Numbered from the stretch's first letter, positions 25,701 through 41,500 are shown. The stretch: DNA of 64,000 nt from Trichoplax adhaerens (GCF_000150275.1 NW_002060944.1:807014-871013); one strand, 5' to 3'. Notes: generated by a model from the letters alone, not told the origin. Translations and numbers: made by a program.

Positions 25701-28309
25701 CCATTTATCCAACTTTTGCATTAATACTATATATCAGCCTACTTAGCTCACTAAACAAGGCAGTCATTCATGGCTACCCTTAAATTACATCCTATATTAT
25801 AATTATTCAATTTCCATCATTCACGATGGGGTCTGTGAATGTTTTGCATTAACCTATTTCGCTCAGTCAGATATTCATTCATGCCCATCTACACTCTATT
25901 ATCCAATTCTGTTTTGACAGTTCCTCAACATTAATTCTTTCACATCGACCTGTTTTTATTGAATGCTATCCATTAATCAATTAACCTTGGTTAAAATCGC
26001 TATTCATATTTTCATATACGATATTATTCGATTGCATTTTGATAGTTCCTTGTTAATATTTTCAATATTTTCATCTTTTCATTATTTAAACTATTTCGTA
26101 AAATGTTGCACATTAATCCTTGGCTCCGGTTAAGTAAACTAGTAATATTTAGGATATCGGACATCATACCGTTCTGAAACTATTGACTCTAGTACCTATA
26201 ATCCCCTCAATATTTTGCCCTTCATCGCTCCTTCAACTCGCTATGATTTAATTATTTCCCGTTTCTTTATCGGTACCAAGCGTGAATCTCTCTCTCATCT
26301 ACTATAAATGGTGTAATTACTTCGCATATCCATCTACCTGATGTAATATTTGTTCCTTTCTTTTTACCGACATGAATAATTATCAGAAATAATAAAAGAG
26401 ACTGTACAGCAAAGGAGACAATGTTTTATTTCATTCGAGAAATTACAGTTTAGCGAACTGCTCTCCAGATAGCCTGACTACCATAGAATGTGAAATAATT
26501 AATCAAAATTACTTCTATCCTTATACATCATATCTTATACTGATCATGATCTCCAATTTTGGGGGAGGTGAAAGGGAGCAAATGGTGATGACAAATTAAT
26601 AAAAAGGAATAGCGAAATACTAAATCATGACTCCTTAATTTATTTTTCCATCAAAATTATCATGGAAGAGCTATGCAAAAATGTCTACTGCAGCGCTTGC
26701 GGTACATTCAATGAGACCACCTACGCCTCTTCAGCACGACTCTGTGCTTTAATAATTTTTTAATTCATTCCATCCTTGCTATAATCGGCTTGTTAGTATC
26801 AGTGGGCCAACTTTAATATATGAAGAAGTGGACGATTGCCAACTTTGACAGAAAGTGCAAATTTGTATGGAATCAGAGACATACCTACAGTATCTAATCA
26901 CTGCTCTCTATGAAGTCGGTTAGACACCTCTAATGATAATTAATCAGAAAATCATGTTATCTCTAGGTACAAAGTACTAATATCACATTACGATTAAAGA
27001 GTAAATGCCACATCTGCTGTGATACTCCTCCTCCTCCTTTGTAAAATAAGATAAAGACATATCGTATCCATTTCTTATTTCAAATAATATTAGTTATAAG
27101 TATTGAATTAAGGAATCTGTCTTCCATATAATATTTACCAACTTCTATCACTCAACGTTGGTCATGGTTACTACCACCTGTCATTAAAACTAGTTTCCCC
27201 CTTTTAATTCTTATGGCCACTCATTCCAAAGAATTCATTCTCATCAATTTTATTCTCAATATATTATTAATATTCATGTATTCATACCGGCCTGCTGCTG
27301 ATCGAGCTATGATTGCTTGCTATCCGCTAATGGGCTGCTACCAACATGACTGCCACAGTATGTTGTTATTTCATCGCTATAGTGTTCGGTCTGTTCACTG
27401 TCAATAGAATCATTTTTATTTTGTTACTGGAAATTCCCTTGTGGTAATCATTTCTTTGCCCTTCCAATCATCATACACCCATTCATTTTATCCGACTTTG
27501 ATAGCTGAATATTAATTTATTAATGACGCTTCCTATTTATTTTGTCAGCATTAATCATGTTGTATGTACCTACCGCATATTAATACCGATGATTTTAAAT
27601 TAGTAACTGAAATACATCAAGACTGGATACTACTCGATATCAGTTTGCCAACTGCATTCACAACGAATAGGATAAGTTAACATGCGTAACATCATTAATT
27701 AATATGTACGTCTATTTGCATCGTGCCAGCTTTGAGTGAATAAATAAATAAATATTATTCTATCTTATAAATCCAATATTTAAATGCCGGAGATCTTCAA
27801 CTACATCAGTTCTAGATACAAAGGAATGAGTACTGATTGAATACAGGTCAGAGATCATTATTTAAAATCTCTCTAAATTCTTCTCAGTGCTTCAGAAATA
27901 TAATATCGTAGCGATGCTTTGAATTAAGAATAGTGCCGATTTTAATGGCAAAATTTTCTTCCATATCTTTCTCCATATACTGTATATTTATTTCTCGATT
28001 TATTTATACTATTATAGCGTATATGTAGACTATAAAGTATAGTAGGAAATATCTGCGCGTATCTTATAAGCTAAAAGAGAATCAAATTTATTTGTACAAT
28101 AACAGGCTTAAAGAATGCACTTTTAAATACGTAGATATTAGTTTAAATATCAAATGCAAAGATGACTCAGGAAAAATAAGCATGGCAATAAACTAAATAT
28201 TCGCATTATATAATGGTATATCATATAAACCTTACTATTACTATAGTGTCTATAGTTTTTATGTTATCTTTTCTAGCCATACTCTTATTGATATAATTCC
28301 ATTAAAATA

Positions 28310-28760
28310 GCTACCCTTATACGTCAAAACTTTGCATATGCATGCTTCAATGTATTAAATATTATGCAACAATATGGTATGCAATTCTAATATTACAATA
28401 AGACATGAAGAGTTTATTTTTTAAGAGGAGTTTACATTTATTGTCAATAATTTTTAATTCTATCCAACCACGCTTATACTGTCAATAAACTAAATCATAT
28501 AGAATAATGAATATGATATACTCCTAATATTACAACCCAATTTCAAGGGTTTCACTATTTAATTCTTTCCAACTATGATTCCACTATCCATAGACTAAAT
28601 CTTATACACCAGAATCGCTTAAAATCATAATATTACTACTTACAACTTTATACGTCAAAACTTGGCGTAACACTTTTATGCAAGCTGCCAAGAATCATTT
28701 TTGCCATTTAAACACCGATATGGTACAATTCTAGTATTACTATAGGATATTAAGGGCTTC
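28310..28760. repeat. Degenerate tandem duplication
   Basis: ttatacgtcaaaactt...atatggta(tg)caattcta(a/g)tattac at about 28317 and 28648, with a weaker copy near 28500. Confidence 0.65.
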
Positions 28761-30199
28761 TTTCTTGCTCTCTAATCATGCTTTTAGTAGCAAAATTTTA
28801 TCAACTATCTTTTGTATCAAAACTTAGTAAAACAATATTATACATATTATCTACGCAATAACTATAATCATACTTCTAGTAAAAGGATTGCAGTAAAATC
28901 TCTACTTCTCCATATCCAAACAGAATGGTAATTTTACACAGTAGTAGTCTTTTGAAAGCTTGTCAATGCAAACATGGATACAATATATATTCTATCTCCC
29001 AGTATAGTATCAACTTGCTGTAATTATTGAATAAATGTAATTATAATTATTATGATAAGATCATAATACTGTAGCTACATTATAGTCCATGACATAGTCG
29101 TGGAATGCGGAAAGTACATGTACTATGTCACTGCACAGCATTGCCAATTCATATGTGGCACCGACGTCATACGAAATAAAATATAAATAGAACTTTCTCA
29201 ATTGTTCATGGAGTTTGCTAAATCTATGATCAGAAATCCTTTTGCTAACTTAATGGAATACACGATTTGCTCATACATTATATCTGTTACATATTTGCAT
29301 ACCGATATATTAAAACAAAAAATGGCACAAATTAAGCACGTACTTATAAATTTTCCCGTGTATAATATTCGGACTTAGCAAATACAGTTGTATTTTAAAA
29401 GGTGTCTATACTGTACAGCTATATTATGAACTCACGTACCATTATATAAATTTAAAGTGAAAAACAAATTATAACATCTTTTGATAGACTTTGCCATGTA
29501 GCTAATGGGGTGCCCTTTTTACAGAATGCAATAAAAGTACGCAAAGATGCTCCATCAGGGAAATTGCATCACGCGCTCATACTATATCGATATATTTGAT
29601 ATCAAAGTACAAATATAAGAAATAACTCATACTGTGCAAAATATTATGCCACAAGCCTTCATGCTATGAAATCTAAGAAAAGGTAATTATAATCTATTAG
29701 TACCGGCTTATCATAGTTCGACATATCGATATGTTAATATAAGATACACCGACAACTTTTCTAGCATAGTTTGTAGATAACATCGAGTCAATACTAACAG
29801 AGAGTATATCAACTTTTAATGTACAGAAGATAGTGATCGTAATAATCTTACCAAGCTTAAAACACTGCAACGATGAGATTAGCCAAACTCATCGTGTATT
29901 TGTATACGGTGATGACCATTTTAACCATACTAGCAATGACGCCCTGATTGCATATTCTAATTTAAATCTTAACAGCTATAACTACATTCCGGTATAATTA
30001 GACCCGTAGGAGTGTCTCTATATCATTACTTATAATATCATCTATTTTTGTACCTACTGGTACGTGACGCCAGTAGATTTAATGCTATCTCAACCTAACT
30101 AGTACTAATATTGCTGATCGCAAACTTAGCTTTAATAAAATTGCTATATGAGACGGTAATGGGAAGAAAAATTACGTTGATTGATATTTCAAGAACACC

Positions 30200-31090
30200 T
30201 TTTTAAGAGTAAAATTATAGTGTCATAACTTTATCGCTTTCCTTCAGTTCTCTATCAGCCAAATATAAATTTCATTATTGTAACAGAAGCAGCTATCCAT
30301 ATGTGGTGAATGGGCATTATAATAATGATTTTCAGGAGAAAAGTTAAATGATAGGGTAATCATTTTATTGCATTTAGAAAGCTTTTAACATGAGAATAAA
30401 TATCACGAGTATGGTAAATAGTAAATAGTAAGCATATATGCATGATGGGGCATTGATTGATTTTTTACGGATAAAAATGGAACGAGGAAAATTATATTGT
30501 ATTCCTCGGGTCTTTTAGCCGCGGATAAATGTCATTAATAATATAAAAGCAAGCATCTTTCCTCATAATTCCTTAATGATGAATTTTTTAGGAGTACGAT
30601 AGAATTGGAAGTAAAACGAAAGAAAATAATTTATCAGACTCCCAAGTTTTCTACTATGTAATAAATATCATCGATATAGATCTCGTATTAAAAATATGTA
30701 TATACCTATATATGATAGATAATCGACTGATTTCTCAGTGTAATGTTAAAAGATTAAGAATGACAAGGAAATGATGTTATTGCATTCCACAAGTTTTCTA
30801 CTAATGGACAAATATTCGATTTCATCAATATAGTAAAAAATAAATGTGTATATGCATCATAGATCAGTGATTGATTTCGTTAAGCGTAAAATAAAATGAT
30901 AAGGAAATAAACTTATTGCATTTCTTAAATTCTCTATCGGGAATAATTATATTATTAAGGAAAAAATAGCCTTCCATATTATGATGGTCTTGAAATTCAA
31001 CTGAATAGAATAGTGATCTATGATAATGTCTCGATTAAACCCTAAATTATAACATTCCTTAAATTTTCTAACAAAGAAGAAATTGCACTA
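30200..31090. repeat. Degenerate tandem repeat, ~140-bp period, about 6 copies
   Basis: Recurring aatga(t/c)aaggaaat..ttattgcatt..aa(g/a)tttt..aataaatat..gattgattt motifs at about 30345, 30480, 30615, 30760 and 30895. Confidence 0.65.
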
Positions 31091-34000
31091 TTAAGGTAAA
31101 TGTAACCGGTCCAATCGTGATGGACTTTAAATTAAGTTGAATTTTGAATAGAGTGATTAACTATTGAGTGGGATTCTTGAACTATGCGTTGATATAATGT
31201 TGAAATACCATGGTCAATATGAATTACATTGATTGCTGATGCAGTACTTTTTCCATCTCAATCATTTTCTAACTACTACCTAAAGTAAGTTCCCACGAAC
31301 TGCTATCTCTAGCACATTCCAAGACTGCATTTCTTATTATAAAAGTAACTGTATCCTTTCATTATGAAAGTCGTTTTAGACAACAATAATTGCTCCCAGT
31401 TCCAATTCGAAAAATATCCTATCAATTTTTTTAAACTACTAACAATATGCCCTAACCGATAATAACACTATGTTCCCATTCAATTAGACATTAGTCGGCA
31501 CATCAGTAGCTACTAACATTACTGTTATATCATTGTAGCTGAAGTATTTACTGCTGCATTAATAAAATCCAGCCTCGTTAACCAATTACTGTGTAAAGTG
31601 AAAACAGAGAAGAATTAGCTCTAATAAGTAACACGAATAATGACTTTGCATCGTCATTCTATTCCATACAATACTCTATCTTCGAAGGCATTCCACTGCT
31701 ATTATGTCATGGACGACAATAGTGAATACAACTTAATGCATATTTACAAGCTTAGCTGCAACAATATGATAACTCTAAACTCAAGTCATAAATAGAAAGG
31801 ATTGTTAATATTAATGATATTTTATTGTATCTAGCAACCGCATTGTTGTGATCTGCTTCTATCAACGCCTTTGCTTAGTCAACACCAAACAATTGAGCGG
31901 CTTGACTTAGGCCAATCTCATATTAAATTATGAAGCTAAATCCTATAGGATAAAATTTATGATACACATATACATTAGATAGATACGAATTTTTCATCAC
32001 TGCCACGAGGCGACGAGAAAATAGATAGCTAAGAACGGCATATCGCCCTGATGATTGTGCCAAATCTTAGCATAGCTTATACCGCTGCGGTTAGGGCATT
32101 CTAATAATCGTTGATCAATCAGGAAATAAAATAAAATTTTTGAGCAAAGTCCTACTAACTCTAGACCTTGGCATAGTTAACTCTACTACTGATTCTACTT
32201 TAGTAGACAATTGATATCATTAAAAATTGCTTTTCCTGTTAGCTTTAGTTTTGAACAGCAGGGTAAAGGGAAGGGACAGGATAATAATATATATGAGCAT
32301 TGACTACATAATAGCTAATTCATTCGCCCAAGTTATAATACTGAAAACAGAACATCAAAGCAGCTCATAGTTACTATGAGTACTTAAAAGTAAATTAAAA
32401 ATATAGGAAAAAGCTTGCTTCTAGAAAGTAACTCATAAGCCATAAGCTATCACTAAGTAGTATTAGTTGGACTATCAAAGGTAGTTCTTGGTTCATTAAT
32501 TCAGCCTGGTAGAAATTTGTATCCAATAAAACAGATTCCATGCTAAATATCGATATACTGCCAGATTTGGCAAGTAATAAGCATTAGCATCATTAAGATT
32601 TTCCCTAATTGAATATATATTTTGCTAATTAAATAGGATAATAGCAAACTTATACATTGCACTAAAAATAAATGATTAAAAAGATCATGGACTTTAGTCA
32701 TGCTATTGTGGCCACAATCATTTATATTTAGTAACATATGGGAGTATTAATTCTTTCCCTTATTTGCATGTTATGACTCCAACAATTTAAATTCTCCACA
32801 GTATGCCCATAAATTCTATCGTTGACCTTGCTAAAGGATGATTGCATTAGCTTAATATAACACTATTCGATTTTTCAACTCTATTAGTGTACACGAAATA
32901 TTTAGTATACAATTACTATACGAGCTCACAAGTATTGGGCCGTATACTACGGACAATGCATTCATTTATTGATGTGATTACCCAAGCAAGATGACAATAC
33001 GTCAAATCTGTGCCACCATGTTGGTCAAAAAATGATTTATTGGCTTATTTTAATGATTTTGAAGATGAAATAATTCATCACTAGTTATGCAATCCTTGCA
33101 AGTGTAATAGTAACCATCACTGGTAGGTACCATATACAACAAAAATGAGGAAAAATGTTTAACGCGGAGTTTAAACAATTAAGCAGCGAATAGTAAAGTG
33201 AAAGTAGTAGTTCCAGTAAGATCGATAGAGCAGCATATCAAAATAAAATATATACTATCCTGTACATGTTCACAACTTTTTGTATTCAATGTTACGATTC
33301 CTTGTCAAAACTGCCGGTATCATGCCTTAACACTTATAACTTCTCCAATAATCTATTAAATTCCTTCCTACTCTGTACATTTTATCTTTAGCAAGCAATA
33401 TTCAGCGGCATAAATATAGCCACCAGTATCCTTCCTAATACTATAAATGCATACTATTAAAATTGGACATGATAATCCATTCAAATGCCGATACAGAAAT
33501 GAGAGATGAAATATGGCAACAGTAGCTATTTTTTGATGATCACCGATATCAATTTTCGATGTTGAGTGCGTTCTATATTCAAGGGTAAAAAGATCGATAC
33601 CGGTGCTTTGCTTCTCTGTGATGATTAAGTAGGTGACTTATGGAATAAATATTTCCGATTAAGTCAATCACCTATGTCAATTACGTGATTCCTTCCTATT
33701 CTATGCATATTACCATTTACTGAATCAATACGACATTGGACAACGAACAAGCAGCCTGATGATAGGGTTACTGACGATTTAATATCTACTCTGAAAGTAG
33801 GATTAATAATCCAGTTTAATACAGAGATAATAACGGCAAATGGTATTTGGCAATGGTATCTATTTCTTAGCAAGCAGCTCCATTCGATGTTAATTGTACT
33901 GCATCCGTCTAAGGATAGAACTGATAGATAGATACCGATACTTTATCATACTCACAATTACTAGGCCATATACGGTACGTAATCGATATTTCACATTAGA

Positions 34001-35593
34001 TTGTGTATCCATCCAGATTAGGAAACTTATAAAACTTTATGCGTTATATCTTCTACATACACAACATCGGATAAAGAGTATACAACTTAGCAGCGAATTA
34101 CTGAGTATAAAATGGCCTACCATAGAAGCAAGGGTGATAGCCAAGTCGCATACGGAAATAAAAATGATAGATGGATGATGAATTGAATATGGCAATAGTG
34201 CTTACTTTTTAGCCATAAAGTATATACGATGCTAATGCACCACATACATCCAATAAAGAATTTGAAAGATAAATGCCGGTACTGTAATAATAATTAATTG
34301 AATTCGAACTTAATAAATATTTCAGATTTGATTGATTATTGAAAGCAGGATCAGATAGAACTATTGCAATCATTGTAGCCTATTAAGATATACTCTTAGA
34401 AGTCAAATTTTATTAAATGTATACAAGATCCCATAAGTCTTTATGCTCAGAAATTTTTTACGGGATATTATAATTATGAAATACAATATTTGAAGGATTA
34501 GTGTTCGGAAATCTACGATAAATAGTATCTTGATTAAGACTGTACTTCAGTTATTATTCTTTCGTTGTACACCCGGTAAAAACTGATCGTATAGGATATT
34601 TAAAAAGCAAACCTTGTAAATCGTGATTTTGCAGGATTTAGAGTATTGCAGAATATTGCAAAAATATTTATTACAGTATTTTTTCTGAATTGAAGTGACT
34701 TAATATTTACTTTAAAGAAAATCGATATAAAGTTTTTACCCATTTAGCCACTGCTGAAACGAAGACTATTTACATACACATCAATAATTTTCAGTAAAAC
34801 TCTTTTTCATGAGTTTAGAAAAAACAAAAAATACCGATTTGTTTATCTGGTCCATACAGTAGTATTTAATCATTCTTCTACAGTTTGCTTATTTTTAATT
34901 AATGTAAGCAAGTAACTGACTTTATTAATCAATCTACCTCACAAATTTTACGCTATCAAGATAGAATTCTCTCCAATTTAAACACTGATCAAGCTAAAAT
35001 TGAGATATAAAACAAAGGATATTGATTTATTTTATCGGTTCATGGTGCTCATTCTAATATATTTTATTTATTCCTTCAGTTAATATAATCTAGAGGACTA
35101 TTTCATTAATCATTCCTATAAATAATACTATCAAGTTAGAATTATGATGGCATTAACTCAGTAAGGAGACTAAAATGTCCAAAATTATTCTCTGAAGCTC
35201 ATAAATTCTTACCTAACCAATTTATGACTACACGTATTATAAACAGTTTTTACACAAAATAAATAAATATTACGTTTACTTATCAAAGTAGATGCGGTAT
35301 CTGCGCTATGATAGTGAATGCTTATGTTATAGTCAATGTTCAAATATAATTTTAATAAACACCATAGATTATCGATGTTCTTGTGATGATACATTTTTAA
35401 AAACATTCTGCGATCATTGCAAGTATAATTTTACATTTATTCAAGCGTCTCTCTTTTTAAATTTTAGTTATTTACGCTATAGTAAGGTTCCAGGTTGAAA
35501 ATTACTGGATATAGGTCTAAATAATCGATCTAAACATCGATAACTAACCTACTATATACGGGTTATTATTTCTATTCGATATTTATACATTAT

Positions 35594-38500
35594 TTACATT
35601 TCGTAGTCATACATGTATTCATCTTCGCCTTCATCTACTTCGATACCATACCTTGCAGCAAGAAAGTTGACAGCTTTTTGCAAACTATTGATTGTCTCTG
35701 ACATTCCATCAATTCTATTTCAAGATTATAAATCCCATGTGAGAGAGAATGATAAAAATGTTTCGTGAGTAAATTTCTCAACTGCAGCTAACATCTATAA
35801 TTCTTACTCTAAAGCTTCATTTTCGACTTCTCTCCGTAATAGTGTATAGTCTGAACTGTCATTTTTTTCGTTTTCGTAACTGAGACTGGAATTGTTAAGT
35901 GCTCGTTTTCTTAACGTTTGAATAACCTATAAATGATCAATAAGTAAAGTATTTCAATATACAGTATTTTGATACGCAATAATTAACGTAGCATAATAGC
36001 GGATAGTAATAAATCTGTAGACATGATGGCAATCTTTTCAAGAACGAAAATGACTTTAAATTAATAGAAAAGCCAAAATATATCTCTGGTATACGATTTA
36101 AAATTATAGCACTGAATAAATATAAACTTTGGATAATGAAGCAGCGTTTTGCACCCAGTTTACTCATAGATCAATCTATCGCTATGTTACAAATTTTTTA
36201 TAGTATTATACTCTGTTAAAAATTTTAAATTGACCCATTCAGATAAATTATCAAGTAAATTAAATCATTAGACTACGAGCTTTTACGGTGTCATTTACAA
36301 GTAAGTGTATTCTTCAATCGGTTAATTACGTTATCAATTCTTGGTCAACATCATACTTTATTAAAAATGTTAGTATATCGATTCGGGTAAATTGTCATGC
36401 TTGGCTTATGCAGAAAGCGCTTCCGATACCAATATGGGAACGCGCTATCCAACGCTGTGGTAAAATCAACTTTTTTAGCTAGTTTCTGCATGCTGGCATG
36501 TTGTTGAACTGTTCCGATATCGCCTACAGCCAGCCCAATCTAGTAGAAATATTAATTACTTTATGTCACGATTTTTAAAAAGGTAATTTTAACCATCATA
36601 TAAAGATGCGTTACCATCAAATTAACTAAGACAATATTCATAGTGATGGCAAACATAACCAAAAATATGAGCGTTAGATTTGGATAAGGAACAGCACCAC
36701 CAGTTTTAGCATTAACATAAGTATCCACGTAATCAATTTCTCCTAACATGGATATAATAACTTTGGTAATAGCAATGCCTAAATTGCTATATGATCCCTA
36801 AATAAATTTATTACAAGTTATTATGCAAAAGAGCAAGATAAATATCTGATATTATACTTAAATGGAATAAGAGGTAATTGAAAATCAGTTTAAACAGTAG
36901 GCCACATAAATATTAATTAGTATTATTAAAATCCAAGCTAGACAAAGCTAACGTACCTGATTTCGCAGTAGCATATTAAATGCAACTGCGTAAGCTATAA
37001 TAAACATAAAGACAACGATAGAGACCTTCAAGACAGTTTTAAGAACGGAAACAAACATCAAGACGTATAAACCCATGTACTGGATTCTGTTATATAAAAG
37101 AAATTAATAATTTCAATTAAACACAATAATTATAATGTAACCTATTACTATCTGTTAAAATTATGTGAGAATGGAAATTCAAGAAATCTGCAATTGTTAA
37201 CACGTACATTTTAATATCTGTTATGAAAGTAATTGAGTCATGGAATCTCAATTATTTTAAAGTCTATGATTTCATTTTCAATATAAACAAATATATTATA
37301 CCATGGACCACTACTGTATTTTATTATACCGTTATAGCCAATAAATTTACTAACATTATCTTAAAAATATAATATAATACTACTGTTAAAGAAGTTCCTA
37401 TACTTTGAATTCAATTTCTCCAACCTCATTATTCGCTGTATTTACTCTGTCTGTATAAGTGCATATTTATCATTTTTCTATCAGCATGGGTTATAAGAGC
37501 ACTTGCAAATTACCTTTGTAGAAATAATATCAAATTCATCCAGGCCAAAAATATAGCGATTGTGCCTACTTGCCATTGGAAGTCGTCAGGTTTATATCCA
37601 ATAGGTTGTATGAAAACCATGGCAGAAATGTATACAGTTAATTCAAGATAGTTAACGGGATCAAGAAAGTACTTCCAATTCTGTGAGAAAAACAGCAGGG
37701 ATCATAAAAATTTGATTTTAATTTTATAGTTGAAGTTAATACGAGCAAGTACTAGAGCGAACCGAAGAAGATATATGAGTGAAGAATTGAATAAATAATA
37801 TTGATTCTACCGTATGCATACAAAAAATTAACCTGATGAGCAAGTTGTAAACCTTCTTTCGCTCCACAAATAATTGTAAGTAGGAAAATTAATGTTTGGC
37901 AACTAATTAGTAATGGCCCGGCAGGTTCAGGTGTAGACTGTGTACCATTCGTTTGGACAGAAGGTCCCACTGTTGTCGATACTACACGTCCAAAATCTCT
38001 ACTAGCTTGCACGACATAAACGGTCATGAAAGTGACAAATAACATGTAAAAGAACATATTGAAGTAAAGTACGAATTTTTCTCCATAATCCCTATGATCA
38101 AAAAGAAATTTGAGCATTCTATTAATAATTGAACTGTTCATGATTCTCAAATTTACGCAGCTCAATAGTAAGCGTTCTAAATGATCCCAAGAAATATGGA
38201 TTGAATTACCATTTCATTCGACTATAAGATATCGTCAGAGGATGCTGCAATAACTTGACTCTATTAAACTTAGCCATAGTCTGTCGGTAAGTGAAAAGAA
38301 AAGATTAATTGTGGGTGATTATCTTAGTTTGACTTTTAGTTAATTATAACTTCTTCGATCAATACATAGTATATGAATGCCAATCTTACGTCTAGATGAT
38401 GCAACGATGGCAAAATTTTAAAAACAGTAATATCATTCCCGTGATCAGTCTGAAATCTTACCGCCATAGCGAAAAATTCTATTCCGGTACTCATTTCTTC

Positions 38501-41500
38501 CGGTGTTGATTCCATATAACTAAAATTGAAAGTCACCTTCATGTCGCCAATATCCATATTTCATTTCGAATTATACAAAAATTTTAAAAGAAAGGAATAC
38601 TTATTACTACAAAGATATCAGAAAACATGAATTACACGTACTAAATAAAAAAAACCTCGAGGTATTATATCATGAATTAAAACTTCCGCTTCACAAATTT
38701 TGTTTTTACATCTCTATTTGTGCTATAGGCGCATATGCGGGAAATCATCTATTCAGTGATATAGGTATACCTCTAGATAACATTAAACTATGTTCAAACT
38801 ATTCTATCCTTTTGAGTGCAATGCAAGCGCAAAATAAAGTAAATCTCTAGTCATTACCGAATAATCAAAATTTTCTCTGCTGTGATGAGATTCTTCAATA
38901 CATTTATCTAGAACTTCCTAAAAATACAAAACTTATTGATTAATTACTACCACATATAGATTGAAAAGAAAAGATGATCGTGAACAGTAGTTATTTAATG
39001 CATTAATTATTTGGACAAGAAAATATTCAAAATACTGTAAAGTATCCAAATCTTTGTATTTGCTATTAATATTCTTACCTCAGCAACTGTAGGCATCTTC
39101 TCAATCAGACGTTTCATGGGTGAAAATCCATCGTAAGCTTTGATATCCATGACTTTATCCCAGCTGTTTTAAATAAATGATCGATTAATATCGATACAAG
39201 CTGCTAATTCATACATCCACTTCATAGTTTACCAGAATCATTATTTCGGATGAATTAGTAAGCACAGCAATGATTAAATATAGCAGCATAATTTCTTACT
39301 ATTTGCTTTGGATAATTGCCAGTCCGACACTGGAGCAGCAATTCTCAATAGCTACATCTAAGCATGTTTGATTTTCGCTATTCAGCAAGGTAACATCAGC
39401 TCCACGCTCTAATAGGACCTTAACCACATTCTCATGACCCCAAGCAGAGGCAAGATGCAGTGCAGTATTCTAATCATCATATTACAATATTAAATCATTC
39501 TATTTCGTCGCAATTACGAAGAGAAGACCTTATATATTAATTTTAGCATTAGGTATGCAGTACATGGAAAAATTAAATCCTTTACTTACTTTATTCAGAT
39601 CAGAAGCATTGATTAAAATATCGTTATCTAGAATTAATTTAATAATCTCGACATGACCATAAACTGCAGCATAGCCTAATGGCGTTTGACGGTTATCATC
39701 CCTAATGGATATAAAAACATTTCAGTAACATAGGCATGCCATATATCGGTATTATTTTCTTCATACGATCGTTACTTCGAGAATAGCTTGTAAATTGGAC
39801 CTTTCTATTACTCAAATCGTGCTTACATACTTTCACTAATAACACAACATGTCACCATGATCCGCGAACGTTGCTAGCTCTATTTATAGTTAGGATCTAC
39901 GCTATGTTATTTCGCATGCTAAAAATCTTATGCATCCTTAGCTGAAATTACAGGATGACTACACATGAATAAATCTTATACAGTTCTAATAAGTCTTATA
40001 GAATGATTTCATTTTAATATTTAATACCATAGAATCATTTAAATTTATTTTATAATTAAAATTATTTAATTTAACAATACCGTACATATCAATGCCTATC
40101 TTAAACATTCCATATGAAATTATAAATCTTAACCGGAAAGAATTTTTAAAGCAATATGTTGATAATTGACAGCTTGTATTATTTATATTAACCTACCTGC
40201 AATCTAAATTACTTCCTTGCTTGAGAAAATAGAGAACAATATCTTTATGGCCCCCGATCACTGCAAAATGCAATGGTGTTCGACCTCGCTTATTTTGAGA
40301 ATTGATTAGTTTAGGAGCCATTTCGCAAATGATTTGAACACACTGAATTCGACCGCTACGAGCAGCCAAGTGTAATGGTGTATTTTCATCACGATCAAAT
40401 TGCTCCACTTGAGCACCGTTTGCTAGTAGTAGACGAATGGCCTAAAGCAATTGAACCAAAATGAACTCTTATCCCTTTAATATGAAATTAGAGGATTGTA
40501 TCAATCTACTCATCCTGCGATCGTTGCCAGCTATTCTGTCCACTCTACCTGAATATAGCCACGTTGCGCTGCGATAAATAAAGCTGTTTGGCATAGATCG
40601 TCCTCACAGTTGATAAGTTCTTGTCCACTATTCTATAGTATGTAGATCATTAATTTTATACAATTACATGTCTCATGTCGACAATGTCATTTTTAGTCAT
40701 GGTATTGAACAGCCATTCAATTATTTCTAATGTCTGATTATCACCAATTGTAAGTATAGACATATTTCATAAACTAATAGCTATAGAATAATGGCTAGAT
40801 GACAAGAGTCTATTTAAAATCAAACATGTAGAGTTACTTATATATAAATAATACCATGATGAATGAATTAACATTAAACTAACAATTTTAGTGAGTTGTA
40901 GAAAGCAAATGATATACTTATAATTTTGTAAATGTATCCTAGTTTGAATTAAAGGACACTGAGTAATTTAAAATGCATCTTGACTTATAATCTATTGGAT
41001 AATATACCGGCCACAAGCAATTACCTCCAGTAAGGTTTTAATCGTTCCAACATGATCATGATCAGCAGCCCAATGTAAGCATGTTTTGCCGTCTTTATCA
41101 CGAATATCTAAACGAGCACCATGTTGCAGTAGGCAATCCACGGCTTCGGTATGGCCTTTCCATGAAGCACATAGAACTGGAGTAAAATGGTCACCATCTC
41201 TCATGTTAATTTTGGCGTGCTAGTTAGTCATCAGTAGGAATAAACATTTAATCAATGATGATTGCTCAATCCTAAATAGTAACAATTTGGTATTACAGCG
41301 ACTATTTATTTTTTTCTCATTAGTAAAAAACTAAGGATGAAAATCTGCTCAATATTACTTCTTTTATAAAATAGATCACGAGTAAACATGCGGCCAGCCG
41401 TTATTTTCCCTTATTTTCACACAACTCATATTAGACAACCTACGTTTAACGTTCGATGCAAAATCGAGCCACTAAATTACCTTTTTAATTAAGAATTTGA

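Noticed and set aside
29870-29895. Hairpin acgatgag-N10-ctcatcgt
   Set aside because: An 8-bp stem is expected by chance in 64 kb; no other RNA features.
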